A stretch of 32,000 nucleotides of DNA from Corynebacterium glutamicum ATCC 13032 (GTDB lineage: Bacteria > Actinomycetota > Actinomycetes > Mycobacteriales > Mycobacteriaceae). The position numbers were made by a program, and so were the translations under genes. The notes under the pieces were generated by a model that was not told where the DNA came from, searched no databases, and worked only from the letters and a program-made list of their open reading frames with translations. This document shows, in pieces, positions 1 to 8,188 of the stretch (its first letter is position 1; each line of letters begins with the position of its first letter). The stretch is taken from NCBI RefSeq assembly GCF_000011325.1, contig NC_003450.3, positions 660,001 to 692,000 on the forward strand, in the 5' to 3' direction.

Positions 1-1
1 C

Positions 2-541
2 CGTCCAGCGGGAACAGCTGCATACGCAGTAGCTCGCGAGGAAGCTACCAACCTTGTTGCCCGTGCGATGGGGCAATCAGAAAAAGGACAAGAGCTCAAT
101 GAGGAAACAGATGCTCTGATCCAAGCTGCGCGTGATGAAAATCCTTCTTTTGACGGTAAAACAGGAACCGTCATCTTGCCATACCAGGGTAAATACGGTG
201 CCTACCTGCCAGGCGATGCACGGGGACAATTCCTCGATTCACTTGGCATTTCGCTGCCGGAAGCAGTTCTTTCGCGAGACACCGGCGACAGCTTCTTTGT
301 CGATGTCCCCGCTGAAAGCGTCAAAGACGTAGACGGTGATGTTCTCCTCGTGCTTTCCAACGACGAAAATCTGGATATCACAGCAGAGAATCCACTGTTT
401 GAAACACTCAACGTTGTGCAAAAAGACGCAGTAATTGTGGCAACAACCGAAGAACGCGGGGCGATTACCTACAACTCAGTGCTGTCTGTTCCTTTTGCGT
501 TGGAACATCTCGCACCACGTATTGCTGAGGCTTTGAAGTAA
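2..541 (+). CDS. Fe3+-siderophore-type ABC transporter substrate-binding protein, C-terminal part (5' end outside the window)
   Basis: The frame is open from base 2, with no stop before the listed ATG at 68, so the gene is cut by the window edge. The C-terminal lobe sequence (VLLVLSNDENLD...NPLFETLNVVQKDAVIV...ITYNSVLSVPFALEHL) is typical of PF01497-like periplasmic binding proteins. A strong hairpin terminator follows. Confidence 0.7.
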   Translation, partial: RPAGTAAYAVAREEATNLVARAMGQSEKGQELNEETDALIQAARDENPSFDGKTGTVILPYQGKYGAYLPGDARGQFLDSLGISLPEAVLSRDTGDSFFVDVPAESVKDVDGDVLLVLSNDENLDITAENPLFETLNVVQKDAVIVATTEERGAITYNSVLSVPFALEHLAPRIAEALK

Positions 542-564
542 AACTCAACTACTCGAGCACAATC

Positions 565-607
565 AAAAAAGAAGCACCCCGGAGAATCTATCCCCGGGGT
601 GCTTTTT
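565..607. terminator. Bidirectional rho-independent terminator between the binding-protein gene and trmL
   Basis: The stem AGCACCCCGG (573-582) pairs with CCGGGGTGCT (594-603). It is flanked by an A-run (565-570) and a T-run (603-607), so it reads as hairpin plus U-tract on both strands, between two convergent genes. Confidence 0.75.
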
Positions 608-646
608 AAATGAGGCACATGCCTGCCCCAGAAGCCCAGCAAAAAA

Positions 647-1120
647 CTAAACCCCACCCACAAATCCGAGTTGACGCCATGCTTCATAGGTCGCTACCGC
701 CGCGGAATTTGAAAGGTTCATGGAACGCCTACCGGGAAGCATGGGGATCCGAAGCTCACTGGTGATTCGGGAATGCTCAACATGTTCTTGAGGGAGTCCT
801 GTTGGTTCAGTTCCAAAAAGGAGTGCATCGCCAGGTTCAAAAGCGATATCGGTGAAGCGGGTATTGGCCGTTGTGGTGAAGGCAAATACGCGACCAGGGA
901 CTGCAGCCATGGCTTCATCGAAGGTTGCATGCACTGTGACATCGGCTAAGTCGTGGTAGTCAAGGCCTGCTCGGCGAAGGTGCTTTTCTGTCAGCTCAAA
1001 GCCTAAAGGTTCAACAAGGTGCAGGTGAGCGCCTGTTCCTGCACACATTCGGATGGCGTTTCCGGTGTTGGGAGGGATGACAGGATTGTCGAAGATAACG
1101 TGAAGTGGGTGTTCCGGCAT
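647..1120 (-). CDS. trmL: SpoU/TrmL-type tRNA (cytidine/uridine-2'-O-)-methyltransferase
   Basis: 157 aa. The motifs [17 protein letters not shown]...LHLVEPLGF and the C-terminal [18 protein letters not shown] are the SPOUT-knot signatures of the TrmL/YibK/CspR family. Confidence 0.85.
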   Translation of the reverse strand: MPEHPLHVIFDNPVIPPNTGNAIRMCAGTGAHLHLVEPLGFELTEKHLRRAGLDYHDLADVTVHATFDEAMAAVPGRVFAFTTTANTRFTDIAFEPGDALLFGTEPTGLPQEHVEHSRITSELRIPMLPGRRSMNLSNSAAVATYEAWRQLGFVGGV

Positions 1121-1127
1121 GTGTTTG

Positions 1128-1133
1128 ATTGTA
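1128..1133 (-). promoter_or_regulatory. Candidate -10 box (TACAAT on the minus strand) for a leaderless trmL transcript
   Basis: On the minus strand TACAAT is followed by 7 nt (caaacac) and then the ATG at 1120. No Shine-Dalgarno sequence lies in between. Confidence 0.3.
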
Positions 1134-1152
1134 AGGCCTTGGAAAAGGGTGG

Positions 1153-1158
1153 AATAAT
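1153..1158 (+). promoter_or_regulatory. Candidate -10 box (AATAAT) for a leaderless or very short-leader folD transcript
   Basis: AATAAT is followed by 7 nt (agcgggc) and then the GTG at 1166. The divergent trmL-folD spacer is only 45 bp. Confidence 0.25.
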
Positions 1159-1165
1159 AGCGGGC

Positions 1166-2020
1166 GTGACTGCAATCAAACTTGATGGAAACTTATACCG
1201 CGGGGAAATTTTCGCCGACTTGGAACAGCGCGTTGCTGCGTTGAAGGAGAAAGGGATTGTGCCGGGGCTTGCCACCGTGCTGGTGGGTGATGACCCAGCG
1301 AGCCACTCTTACGTGAAGATGAAGCATCGTGACTGTGAGCAGATTGGTGTGAACTCGATCCGTAAGGATCTGCCTGCTGATGTCACGCAGGAAGAGCTTT
1401 TCGCTGTCATCGATGAACTGAACAACGATGATTCTTGCACTGGTTACATTGTGCAGCTTCCTTTGCCTAAGCACTTGGACGAAAACGCTGTGCTGGAGCG
1501 CATTGATCCAGCTAAGGATGCTGATGGCCTGCACCCTGTAAACCTGGGCAAGCTTGTGCTCAACGAGCCAGCTCCACTGCCATGCACCCCGAATGGTTCC
1601 ATCAGCTTGTTGCGTCGTTTCGGCGTTGAGCTTGATGGCGCGAAGGTTGTTGTCATTGGCCGTGGCGTCACCGTTGGTCGCCCAATTGGCCTGATGCTGA
1701 CCCGCCGTTCCGAGAACTCCACGGTTACTTTGTGCCACACTGGCACGAAGGATCTGGCTGCGGAGACCCGTGCGGCTGACGTCATCATTGCTGCAGCTGG
1801 TCAGCCGCACATGCTGACCGCAGACATGGTCAAGCCAGGCGCAGCGGTGCTCGATGTCGGCGTCTCCCGCAAGGACGGCAAGTTGCTTGGCGACGTCCAC
1901 CCCGACGTGTGGGAAGTCGCCGGCGCGGTCTCACCAAACCCAGGCGGCGTTGGCCCTCTGACCCGTGCATTCTTGGTGCACAATGTTGTCGAGCGCGCTG
2001 AAAAGCTGGCTGGACTCTAA
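1166..2020 (+). CDS. folD: Bifunctional methylenetetrahydrofolate dehydrogenase (NADP+) / methenyl-THF cyclohydrolase
   Basis: FolD homology begins at (V/M)[10 protein letters not shown]...[20 protein letters not shown]...GYIVQLPLP...[13 protein letters not shown]...[10 protein letters not shown]. The tracked ORF from 1019 overlaps trmL on the opposite strand and adds non-homologous residues. The in-frame GTG at 1166 gives a 284-aa protein of typical FolD length. Confidence 0.9.
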   Translation: MTAIKLDGNLYRGEIFADLEQRVAALKEKGIVPGLATVLVGDDPASHSYVKMKHRDCEQIGVNSIRKDLPADVTQEELFAVIDELNNDDSCTGYIVQLPLPKHLDENAVLERIDPAKDADGLHPVNLGKLVLNEPAPLPCTPNGSISLLRRFGVELDGAKVVVIGRGVTVGRPIGLMLTRRSENSTVTLCHTGTKDLAAETRAADVIIAAAGQPHMLTADMVKPGAAVLDVGVSRKDGKLLGDVHPDVWEVAGAVSPNPGGVGPLTRAFLVHNVVERAEKLAGL

Positions 2021-2026
2021 AAACAC

Positions 2027-2377
2027 ATGACTAATCCCGGCAAAAAGCACATCAGTGAAGAGCAACTTCTGGCGAATCCCCATGACGGTGGATTAGCCCC
2101 ATCGAAGTTTCCCATCAAGGTGCAAAAAGCCGGGATTGTCGTATTCGTACTGGCAGTAGTGGCGGCTTCGGCCTTTGCTCTCACAGAGCACTGGCGCCGA
2201 GCCACATTCACACTTGGTGCATCACTGCTGTATCTTTCGCTACTGCGTCTGACCTGTGACTCCAAGATTCTTGGAGTGCTCGCAGTGCGATCGAGGCGTT
2301 TTGATGCCATCTACACCGCCATTGTTGGCGGATTGATGACATTCCTTGCTACCTCAGTCGATGCGCTGGGCAGCTAG
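2027..2377 (+). CDS. Small integral membrane protein, DUF3017-like, conserved downstream of actinobacterial folD
   Basis: 116 aa with predicted hydrophobic helices (IVVFVLAVVAASAFAL, LGASLLYLSLL, IYTAIVGGLMTFLA). It starts 7 nt after the folD stop. The family assignment is from memory. Confidence 0.65.
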   Translation: MTNPGKKHISEEQLLANPHDGGLAPSKFPIKVQKAGIVVFVLAVVAASAFALTEHWRRATFTLGASLLYLSLLRLTCDSKILGVLAVRSRRFDAIYTAIVGGLMTFLATSVDALGS

Positions 2378-2378
2378 A

Positions 2379-3761
2379 TTATTTTTCAGAGCGATCTTCC
2401 ACAGTTTCATCGCGTGAAAGCGCTTCAGCAATCGCTGCACCCTGAGCGGAGCCCTGTGCATGTCCAGCAGCACGGCCTTGGATGATCTCAGCTAGATCAA
2501 TGCCGGTGGTTTGCTTGACTGATTCAATAATGGATTTCAGTCCAAGTGCTTGTTCACCGGCAAAACGTGAACCCACGGAATTCTCGGATCCTTCTCCACC
2601 GGAGAGCACTGTCATGGATCCAATGTTTGCGTATCCAGAGGCGAAGTTGCTCATGAGTTCCGGCAGGATTTCCATGGCTTGCTGGGCGAGTAGTGCTTCT
2701 TGGTTTTCGCGGTAGGCCTCGGCCTTTGCCTTGATAGCGTCTGCCTCTGCCTGTCCCTTCAATCGAACAGCTTCGGCTTCAGCCATTGCACGAACCTTTG
2801 CAGCGGTAGCTTCGGCTTCTGCGATTTCGACCTGAGCCTGTGCGCGCCTGGTTTGCTCGAAAGTATCGGCTTCGACTTCCTGCTTGCGGCGGTAGCGTTC
2901 AGCGTCGGCCACCTTGTTCACTTCGGCTTCCAGCTCGATCTGCTTATTTTCAGCCTGTTGGCGAAGAACCTCTAGTCGAGCTTTTTCATCGGCAAGGCGT
3001 TCAGCCTGCATAGCCTGGGCACGGGCTTCACCGACCTGAGCATCAGCGGCAGCCTTGTTGGCATCAAGTTGGGTCTGTTCAACCAGATCTGCCTCTTGGT
3101 TAGCAATGCGTGATTTAGCGATCGCACGAGCAGCTTCAGTTTCTGCAATTTCCGCAGCCTGCTTCTTTGCCTGAATTTCCGGTGCGCCGAGGGATTTGAT
3201 GTATCCCACATCATCGGTGATGCCACGAATCTGGAAGGAGTCAAGAATCAAACCCTGCTTCTCTAGCTCGGGGATGACTGTTTCAGCGATCTGCTCGGAG
3301 AATTTTTTACGCTCACGCATGAGCGACGTGACTGTTTGCTGCGCCACGACACCACGAAGCACACCTTCCAGCTGATCCTGTGTGAACCGAACAATTTCTT
3401 TGTCACTGGAAGCGAAGCGCTGGGCAGCGCGACGAATAAACTCAGCTTCGGAACCGATCTTCACCAGCGCAACAGCCTCGACATTCAACGTGACATTGTC
3501 ATCGCTTTGTGCCGTCACCTGCATATTTACCTGACGGGAACGCAGAGAGATCTTCTGGTGAGTCTGGGTAATAGGCATTACCACAGCTTTGCCGTGGACA
3601 ATGACCTGCGATTCCCCCTTCTTCTTCGCAGAGACAATGAGCGCTTCATCAGCTGCAGCCACCTTGATCCAGGTGCGTGAAGTTAAGAAGAAAATACCGA
3701 GGACAATGACCGCGACGACAAGAATCGCCCCAATGACAAATAGTATGGCAATAGCTTCCAT
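2379..3761 (-). CDS. Flotillin-like SPFH/Band-7 membrane scaffold protein
   Basis: 460 aa with an N-terminal TM helix (AIAILFVIGAILVVAVIVLGIFFL), an SPFH core, then a long Ala/Glu/Gln-rich coiled coil with EA repeats (AEAEATAAKVRAMAEAEAVRLKGQAEADAIKAKAEAY), as in the flotillins FloT/YuaG. Confidence 0.8.
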   Translation of the reverse strand: MEAIAILFVIGAILVVAVIVLGIFFLTSRTWIKVAAADEALIVSAKKKGESQVIVHGKAVVMPITQTHQKISLRSRQVNMQVTAQSDDNVTLNVEAVALVKIGSEAEFIRRAAQRFASSDKEIVRFTQDQLEGVLRGVVAQQTVTSLMRERKKFSEQIAETVIPELEKQGLILDSFQIRGITDDVGYIKSLGAPEIQAKKQAAEIAETEAARAIAKSRIANQEADLVEQTQLDANKAAADAQVGEARAQAMQAERLADEKARLEVLRQQAENKQIELEAEVNKVADAERYRRKQEVEADTFEQTRRAQAQVEIAEAEATAAKVRAMAEAEAVRLKGQAEADAIKAKAEAYRENQEALLAQQAMEILPELMSNFASGYANIGSMTVLSGGEGSENSVGSRFAGEQALGLKSIIESVKQTTGIDLAEIIQGRAAGHAQGSAQGAAIAEALSRDETVEDRSEK

Positions 3762-4122
3762 AAATGATCACTTGCTTTCTGTGTTGCTGGTTTCTAAAAG
3801 GACTGGGCGGAAAAGGGCGGTAGTCAAAGCGGATGCACATGTAGAAAATGACAAGGCTTCAAACACAAGAGCAAAACTCTTTGCCCTAACCAAACTACTA
3901 TTTTCCGTTTATAAATCACCCTATGGTCATTAATCGGGTGCCCCTGAATAAGCCCAGTTCCGGACTGGTAGGAAACTTAAGAGCTGAAAAATTAGACGGA
4001 ATGACCGTAGTAGAGAGTGCCTATTTTTGAACCACAGAAGCTCTGAGCGGAAGTATTCGGCATTGACAAACTATTCGAGCACGACTACTCGAGCTATTAG
4101 ATCCAAACTAAACCAATGCCAG

Positions 4123-5088
4123 TTAAGGTGACTGAAAAGAGGTCTGAATATTGGGGACTCCCCGTGCAGAGAGTTCAGCGTTTTCAGGCACGCTCTCTTT
4201 ATAGCTGAAGTCGAGCTCAGGGCCTTTCATCTGGAAGAATGCTGAGCCATCTTTCTGCTCATTCCAAATGATGTAGGTATCACTGAACGTATCAGCGATT
4301 TCTTCTTGCTGTTCAGAGCCGGAATCGCCATTGGCAAGGTCGATCCAGTTGGAGGTCATCTTTAAGAACAGGGTCTTTTGCTCTTCAGTGAGCTGTGCTC
4401 CTCGCAAACCGGATCCTTGGAGCGCTGCCTGCTGGGTTGGATTGAGGCTTCCCACCAGTTGTTCCGCAGCTTTTTTGATTTGCGATTCCGAATAGGAGGT
4501 ATCTAACGCCTCAGTGACACTAACGACCTCAGCTGGGCTCAGGCCCAAATGAGCATCCTTGAAAGTGATCTGACCGTCCGGATCGAAAGTGACTTTCAAT
4601 CCGACAGTTGGTCCATCCAGGGTCAATTCCCAAGAATTCTCGGTGGATGGTTCAGGCGAGAACTTCAGAAAGTGGTGTGGATTATCGCCAGGTTCTTGAG
4701 CTACATGCTGAATCACTGCAGAAACCAGCTCGTATGCATGCTCATTGAAGAGGGATTCCAGCACACGCAGCGCGGTAACCTGGTTGGCCCAGGTCAGCGT
4801 GCTGATGTCCAGGCCTTCACCGAGCAAGGCGGCGCGTTGCTCCTCGTCAAGATAGTCCAAGAAACCCAGCGCCGTCAGCGAGGTTTCGCGTGAGGCGTTA
4901 AACGAGGTTTCATTGCTTATCGACGTCTCCCCAGTCGTTGTCTGCATTGCCGCCGCAACTTTAGTCGGCGGTTCAGGGGAGCTCGTAGCACTGGAAGTTA
5001 CGGAGGTACATCCGCTTAATCCGAGAGTGCTGGCGACTAGCGTGGTAGCAAAAGCGCCAGCGGCCCGACGAGAGTTCAACAAAGTCAC
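4123..5088 (-). CDS. Secreted lipoprotein of unknown function
   Basis: 321 aa. GTG start, signal peptide with a lipobox (STLGLSG-C-TS), and an S/T/P-rich linker. An internal duplicated segment is present (see findings). I recognise no family. Confidence 0.65.
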   Translation of the reverse strand: MTLLNSRRAAGAFATTLVASTLGLSGCTSVTSSATSSPEPPTKVAAAMQTTTGETSISNETSFNASRETSLTALGFLDYLDEEQRAALLGEGLDISTLTWANQVTALRVLESLFNEHAYELVSAVIQHVAQEPGDNPHHFLKFSPEPSTENSWELTLDGPTVGLKVTFDPDGQITFKDAHLGLSPAEVVSVTEALDTSYSESQIKKAAEQLVGSLNPTQQAALQGSGLRGAQLTEEQKTLFLKMTSNWIDLANGDSGSEQQEEIADTFSDTYIIWNEQKDGSAFFQMKGPELDFSYKESVPENAELSARGVPNIQTSFQSP

Positions 5089-5179
5089 AACTACTTATGT
5101 TAGAGATTGTTTTTTGGTTTATCCGGAGGGTTGCCTGTGAGTTGTTTAGAGATCCCTGTCTATTTGTCGTAAATACCTA

Positions 5180-6313
5180 TTAGATGTAGAACTCGATGTA
5201 GGTCGAAGGGTTGTCTTCGTCTGGGGAGATGAGGCTGAAGAAGTTCCTCACGATGCGATCCATTTGGCGGCTTTCGGTGAGGAAAGCATCGTGGCCGACA
5301 GGGGATACGATTTTTGCCATTGCCAGTAGATTTCCCAGGTTTCTGGAGAGGTGTTCTTGCTGGTGGTAGGGGTACAAAATATCGGTATCTACGCCTGCGA
5401 CAAGGACTGGAACTTTGATGGATTCGAGTGCCTTGTTGAGGCCTCCGCGGTCGCGACCAATGTCGTGGCGGTTGAGGGCGTCGGTGAGCAAGACGTAGGA
5501 GCCGGCGTCGAAACGCTGTACTAGCTTGTCTGCTTGGTAGTCCAAGTAGGATTCCACGGCGAAGCGCTGGTCGGGCTTGCGGTAGGGACCGAGTGGGTTT
5601 TCGTTCTTTTGGGCTTTGGTGCCGAAGCGTTCGTCGATTTCTAGTTCGCCACGGTAGGTGAGGTGGGCGATGCGTCGGGCGGCGCCGAGTCCGGTGGCTG
5701 GGTTGCAGCCGGATTCGTAGTAGTTGCCTTCGTGCCAGTGGTGGTCGTTTTCAATCGCCTTAATTTGGGCGGATTGAATGCCGATTTGCCAGGCGCTGGC
5801 GCGTGCAGAAACTGCAAGAACAGCAGCTGCGCCAACAGTTTCTGGGTACATTGCGGCCCACTCTAGGGTGCGGGCACCACCCATGGAACCACCAAGTACT
5901 GCGGCGACCGTGGTGATGCCGAGTGCGTCGAGGAATTGTTTTTCGGCGTTTACCTGATCACGAATGGACGTGGCGGGGAAGCGATTACCCCAGAAATTTC
6001 CATCTGGATGCATGGAGCCAGGTCCGGTGGAACCGTTGCAACCACCGATGACGTTGGTACAGATCACGCAGTAAATATCAGTGTTGATGGCTTTGCCGGG
6101 ACCGAGCAAGTCAGCCCACCAATCGGCTGCGTTGGAATCTCCAGTGAGGGCGTGTTCGATGAGAACGACATTGCTGCGTCCTTCTTTATCTACGCGGTAT
6201 TCACCCCAGCGGTGATAGGCGATTTCAGCGTTTGTAATGATTGCTCCGGCTTCGGTGGAGACATCACCGATCGCTTGGATTTCAAGTTGACCTGAAGGCG
6301 CGAGGGTGGGCAT
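5180..6313 (-). CDS. metX: Homoserine O-acetyltransferase
   Basis: 377 aa alpha/beta hydrolase with the MetX signatures (EHALTGDSNAADWW, GGSMGGARTLEW, VDTDILYP, GHDAFL). It lies next to metY, as in C. glutamicum. Confidence 0.92.
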   Translation of the reverse strand: MPTLAPSGQLEIQAIGDVSTEAGAIITNAEIAYHRWGEYRVDKEGRSNVVLIEHALTGDSNAADWWADLLGPGKAINTDIYCVICTNVIGGCNGSTGPGSMHPDGNFWGNRFPATSIRDQVNAEKQFLDALGITTVAAVLGGSMGGARTLEWAAMYPETVGAAAVLAVSARASAWQIGIQSAQIKAIENDHHWHEGNYYESGCNPATGLGAARRIAHLTYRGELEIDERFGTKAQKNENPLGPYRKPDQRFAVESYLDYQADKLVQRFDAGSYVLLTDALNRHDIGRDRGGLNKALESIKVPVLVAGVDTDILYPYHQQEHLSRNLGNLLAMAKIVSPVGHDAFLTESRQMDRIVRNFFSLISPDEDNPSTYIEFYI

Positions 6314-6366
6314 GAAAATAACCGCCTGTTCTGGGTGGACAAGACTAAAACTTCGTCCAGTGTATA

Positions 6367-6382
6367 TGGACAGCTCTGTCTA
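6367..6382. promoter_or_regulatory. Candidate McbR operator upstream of metX (TGGAC-N6-GTCTA)
   Basis: TGGACAGCTCTGTCTA differs at one position from the published McbR consensus TAGAC-N6-GTCTA. It lies 54-69 nt upstream of the metX start. Confidence 0.55.
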
Positions 6383-6407
6383 GTCTAGTTTGCATTCTCA
6401 CGAGTCT

Positions 6408-6441
6408 GAAAAAGAAAAACCCAGCGCTTTAAGCACTGGGG
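6408..6441 (-). terminator. Rho-independent terminator of metY
   Basis: On the minus strand CCCAGUGC/GCGCUGGG forms an 8-bp stem with one G-U pair and a UUAAA loop. It is followed by UUUUUCUUUUUC and begins 16 nt after the metY stop. Confidence 0.7.
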
Positions 6442-6456
6442 TGAGTCTATTTAAAG

Positions 6457-7770
6457 CTAGATTGCAGCAAAGCCGCCTTCGAGGTCAGCGATGATATCAT
6501 CAATGGTCTCGATGCCAACGGACAGGCGGACGGTGGACTGGGTAACGCCCGCGCGTGCCAGGCCAGCTTCGTCGGACTGTGAATGGGTGGTGGTTGCTGG
6601 GTGAACAACGAGGGAGCGAACATCGCCGATGTTTGCAAGGTTGGAGTGTAGCTTCAGGGCGTCGATAAATGCCCAAGCCTCATCCTTGCCGCCCTTGATC
6701 TCGAAGGTGAGAACGGAGCCGGTGTACTTCAGGCCAAGCTTTTCCTTGGTTGCGTACCAAGGGGAATCCTTCAGGCCTGCGAAGTTAACCTTTTCCACCT
6801 TCTCGTGGTTGTTGAGGAATTCTGCAACCTTGATGGCGTTTTCGTTGTGGCGCTCCAGGCGCAGGGAAAGGGTGTCGATGCCCTGGACTGCAGCCCATGC
6901 GTTGAATGCGGAGAGGGTGGAGCCGGTGTCGCGTAGAAGGCCAACGCGAACCTTGAGGCCGAAGGCTGGTGCACCAAGGTCTGCGTACTTCAATCCGTGG
7001 TAAGCAGCATCTGGAGTGACGAAGTAGGGGAATACTGGCTTTCCATCCTTTTCGACAGTCCAATCGAACTTTCCGCCGTCGATAAGCACGCCGCCCAGTC
7101 CGGAGCCGTTGCCGGTGTAGAACTTGGTGAGGGAAGCGACGACAACGTCTGCGCCGAGCTCGAGCGGGCGCACGAGCGCTGCGGTAGCGATGGTGTTGTC
7201 GATGATCAGTGGAACGCTGTTGCGGTGCGCAACTTCAGCCACCGCAGGAATATCCAGGACGTCTGCCTGTGGGTTGGCGAAAGTCTCGCCGAAGAATGCT
7301 TTGGTGTTTGGCTGAACGGCTGCCTGCCAGGACTCAGGGTCGTCGGGGTTTTCCACGAAGGAAACATCGATACCCAGGCGGTTAAGAGTGATAAGGAATA
7401 GAGTCTCGGTGCCACCGTAGAGGCGTGGGGAGGTGACGATGTGGTCGCCCGCTCCTGCCAGGTTCAAAATGGCGTTGGTGGTTGCGGCCTGTCCGGAGGA
7501 GAACGCTACAGCGTGGACGCCACCTTCGAGGGAAGCGATGCGGTTTTCCAAAGCCTCAACGGTTGGGTTGGTGAGGCGGGAGTAAACAGGGCCTAGATCC
7601 TCAAGTGCGAAACGCTGCTTGGCGTGCTCAGCGGAGTCGAACACGAAAGCGGTGGATTGGTAGATCGGAAGGTTTCGTGCGCTGGTCTGTGCGTCTACTG
7701 ACTGGCCTGCGTGAATGGAGCGGGTTTCAAAGCCCCACTGGTCAGCATTGGAATTGTCGTACTTTGGCAT
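6457..7770 (-). CDS. metY: O-acetylhomoserine sulfhydrylase (PLP-dependent, Cys/Met metabolism family)
   Basis: 437 aa with the SLTKF PLP-lysine motif and full-length similarity to MetY/MetZ-type enzymes. An AAGGA ribosome-binding site lies 7 nt before the ATG. Confidence 0.92.
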   Translation of the reverse strand: MPKYDNSNADQWGFETRSIHAGQSVDAQTSARNLPIYQSTAFVFDSAEHAKQRFALEDLGPVYSRLTNPTVEALENRIASLEGGVHAVAFSSGQAATTNAILNLAGAGDHIVTSPRLYGGTETLFLITLNRLGIDVSFVENPDDPESWQAAVQPNTKAFFGETFANPQADVLDIPAVAEVAHRNSVPLIIDNTIATAALVRPLELGADVVVASLTKFYTGNGSGLGGVLIDGGKFDWTVEKDGKPVFPYFVTPDAAYHGLKYADLGAPAFGLKVRVGLLRDTGSTLSAFNAWAAVQGIDTLSLRLERHNENAIKVAEFLNNHEKVEKVNFAGLKDSPWYATKEKLGLKYTGSVLTFEIKGGKDEAWAFIDALKLHSNLANIGDVRSLVVHPATTTHSQSDEAGLARAGVTQSTVRLSVGIETIDDIIADLEGGFAAI

Positions 7771-7822
7771 TTGGAGGTCCTTAAGAGTTTTTATTAGGAA
7801 ATTCTTCTCCCATGCACCCTAC

Positions 7823-7860
7823 TGAACAGCTTGGTCTATTGCAATAGACTGTGTGGTATA
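7823..7860. promoter_or_regulatory. Two adjacent candidate McbR operators upstream of metY
   Basis: TGAAC-AGCTTG-GTCTA (7823-7838) and TAGAC-TGTGTG-GTATA (7845-7860) each approximate TAGAC-N6-GTCTA. Their inner halves form a perfect 16-bp palindrome, GTCTATTGCAATAGAC (7834-7849). They lie 53-90 nt upstream of the metY start. Confidence 0.55.
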
Positions 7861-8099
7861 AATTTATTCTCGGGTAATTTTCTTGACTTTTTCCAACTGA
7901 TTTGAAATCGATTGCGTACAGCTAGGGTTATGGGGGTATGACTAGCCCCACTCTAAATGGTGCAGGATGGTATAAATCATCTCTCAATGTTACTTTTCCA
8001 TTGTTAAGAATTAACAACTCTCGGTGATTTGTCGCATACCCAGCTGTCAAAGATCCGATCATCGGCATACAGAAACACCCATCTGGCCGAACTTTCCTT

Positions 8100-8144
8100 T
8101 TTCTGCATGCATTTCTGCACACAGTTTCTGCCCGCTGTTTCTAC
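8100..8144 (+). repeat. Four phased direct repeats TTTCTGC/TTTCTGC/TTTCTGC/TTTCTAC in the cstA leader
   Basis: Copies start at 8100, 8112, 8125 and 8138, a period of 12-13 nt. The array ends about 45 nt before the proposed cstA start. Confidence 0.6.
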
Positions 8145-8188
8145 GCATAGTGGCTTTGAAACGACCCGAAGAGAAAACAGTAAAGATC

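Noticed and set aside
1019-1165. N-terminal extensions of tracked ORFs: folD from 1019, cstA from 8024, prpD2 from 11096, Ldh_2 to 16182, ATPase to 22086, permease to 22904, MFS from 25109 and xthA from 26390
   Set aside because: The extensions overlap neighbouring genes or intergenic DNA and have atypical composition. They precede the point where family homology begins. Internal starts with ribosome-binding sites or coupled stop/start overlaps fit better.
2700-3100. Short repeated DNA units (gcttcggcttc and similar) inside the flotillin gene
   Set aside because: They reflect the Ala/Glu-rich coiled-coil (EA repeat) coding sequence. They are not a tandem-repeat locus or a CRISPR array.
546-4095. 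The 11-mer ACTACTCGAGC occurs at 550-560 and again at about 4084-4094, next to a related TATTCGAGCAC
   Set aside because: Exact 11-mer repeats are expected many times by chance in a 32-kb window when both strands are considered. The copies show no consistent position or orientation relative to genes.
7771-7900. SAM-responsive riboswitch (SAM-IV type) upstream of metY, as found before the homologous operon in some actinobacteria
   Set aside because: The leader is short and AT-rich. It lacks the GC-rich multi-stem architecture of SAM riboswitches. McbR-type operators are present instead.
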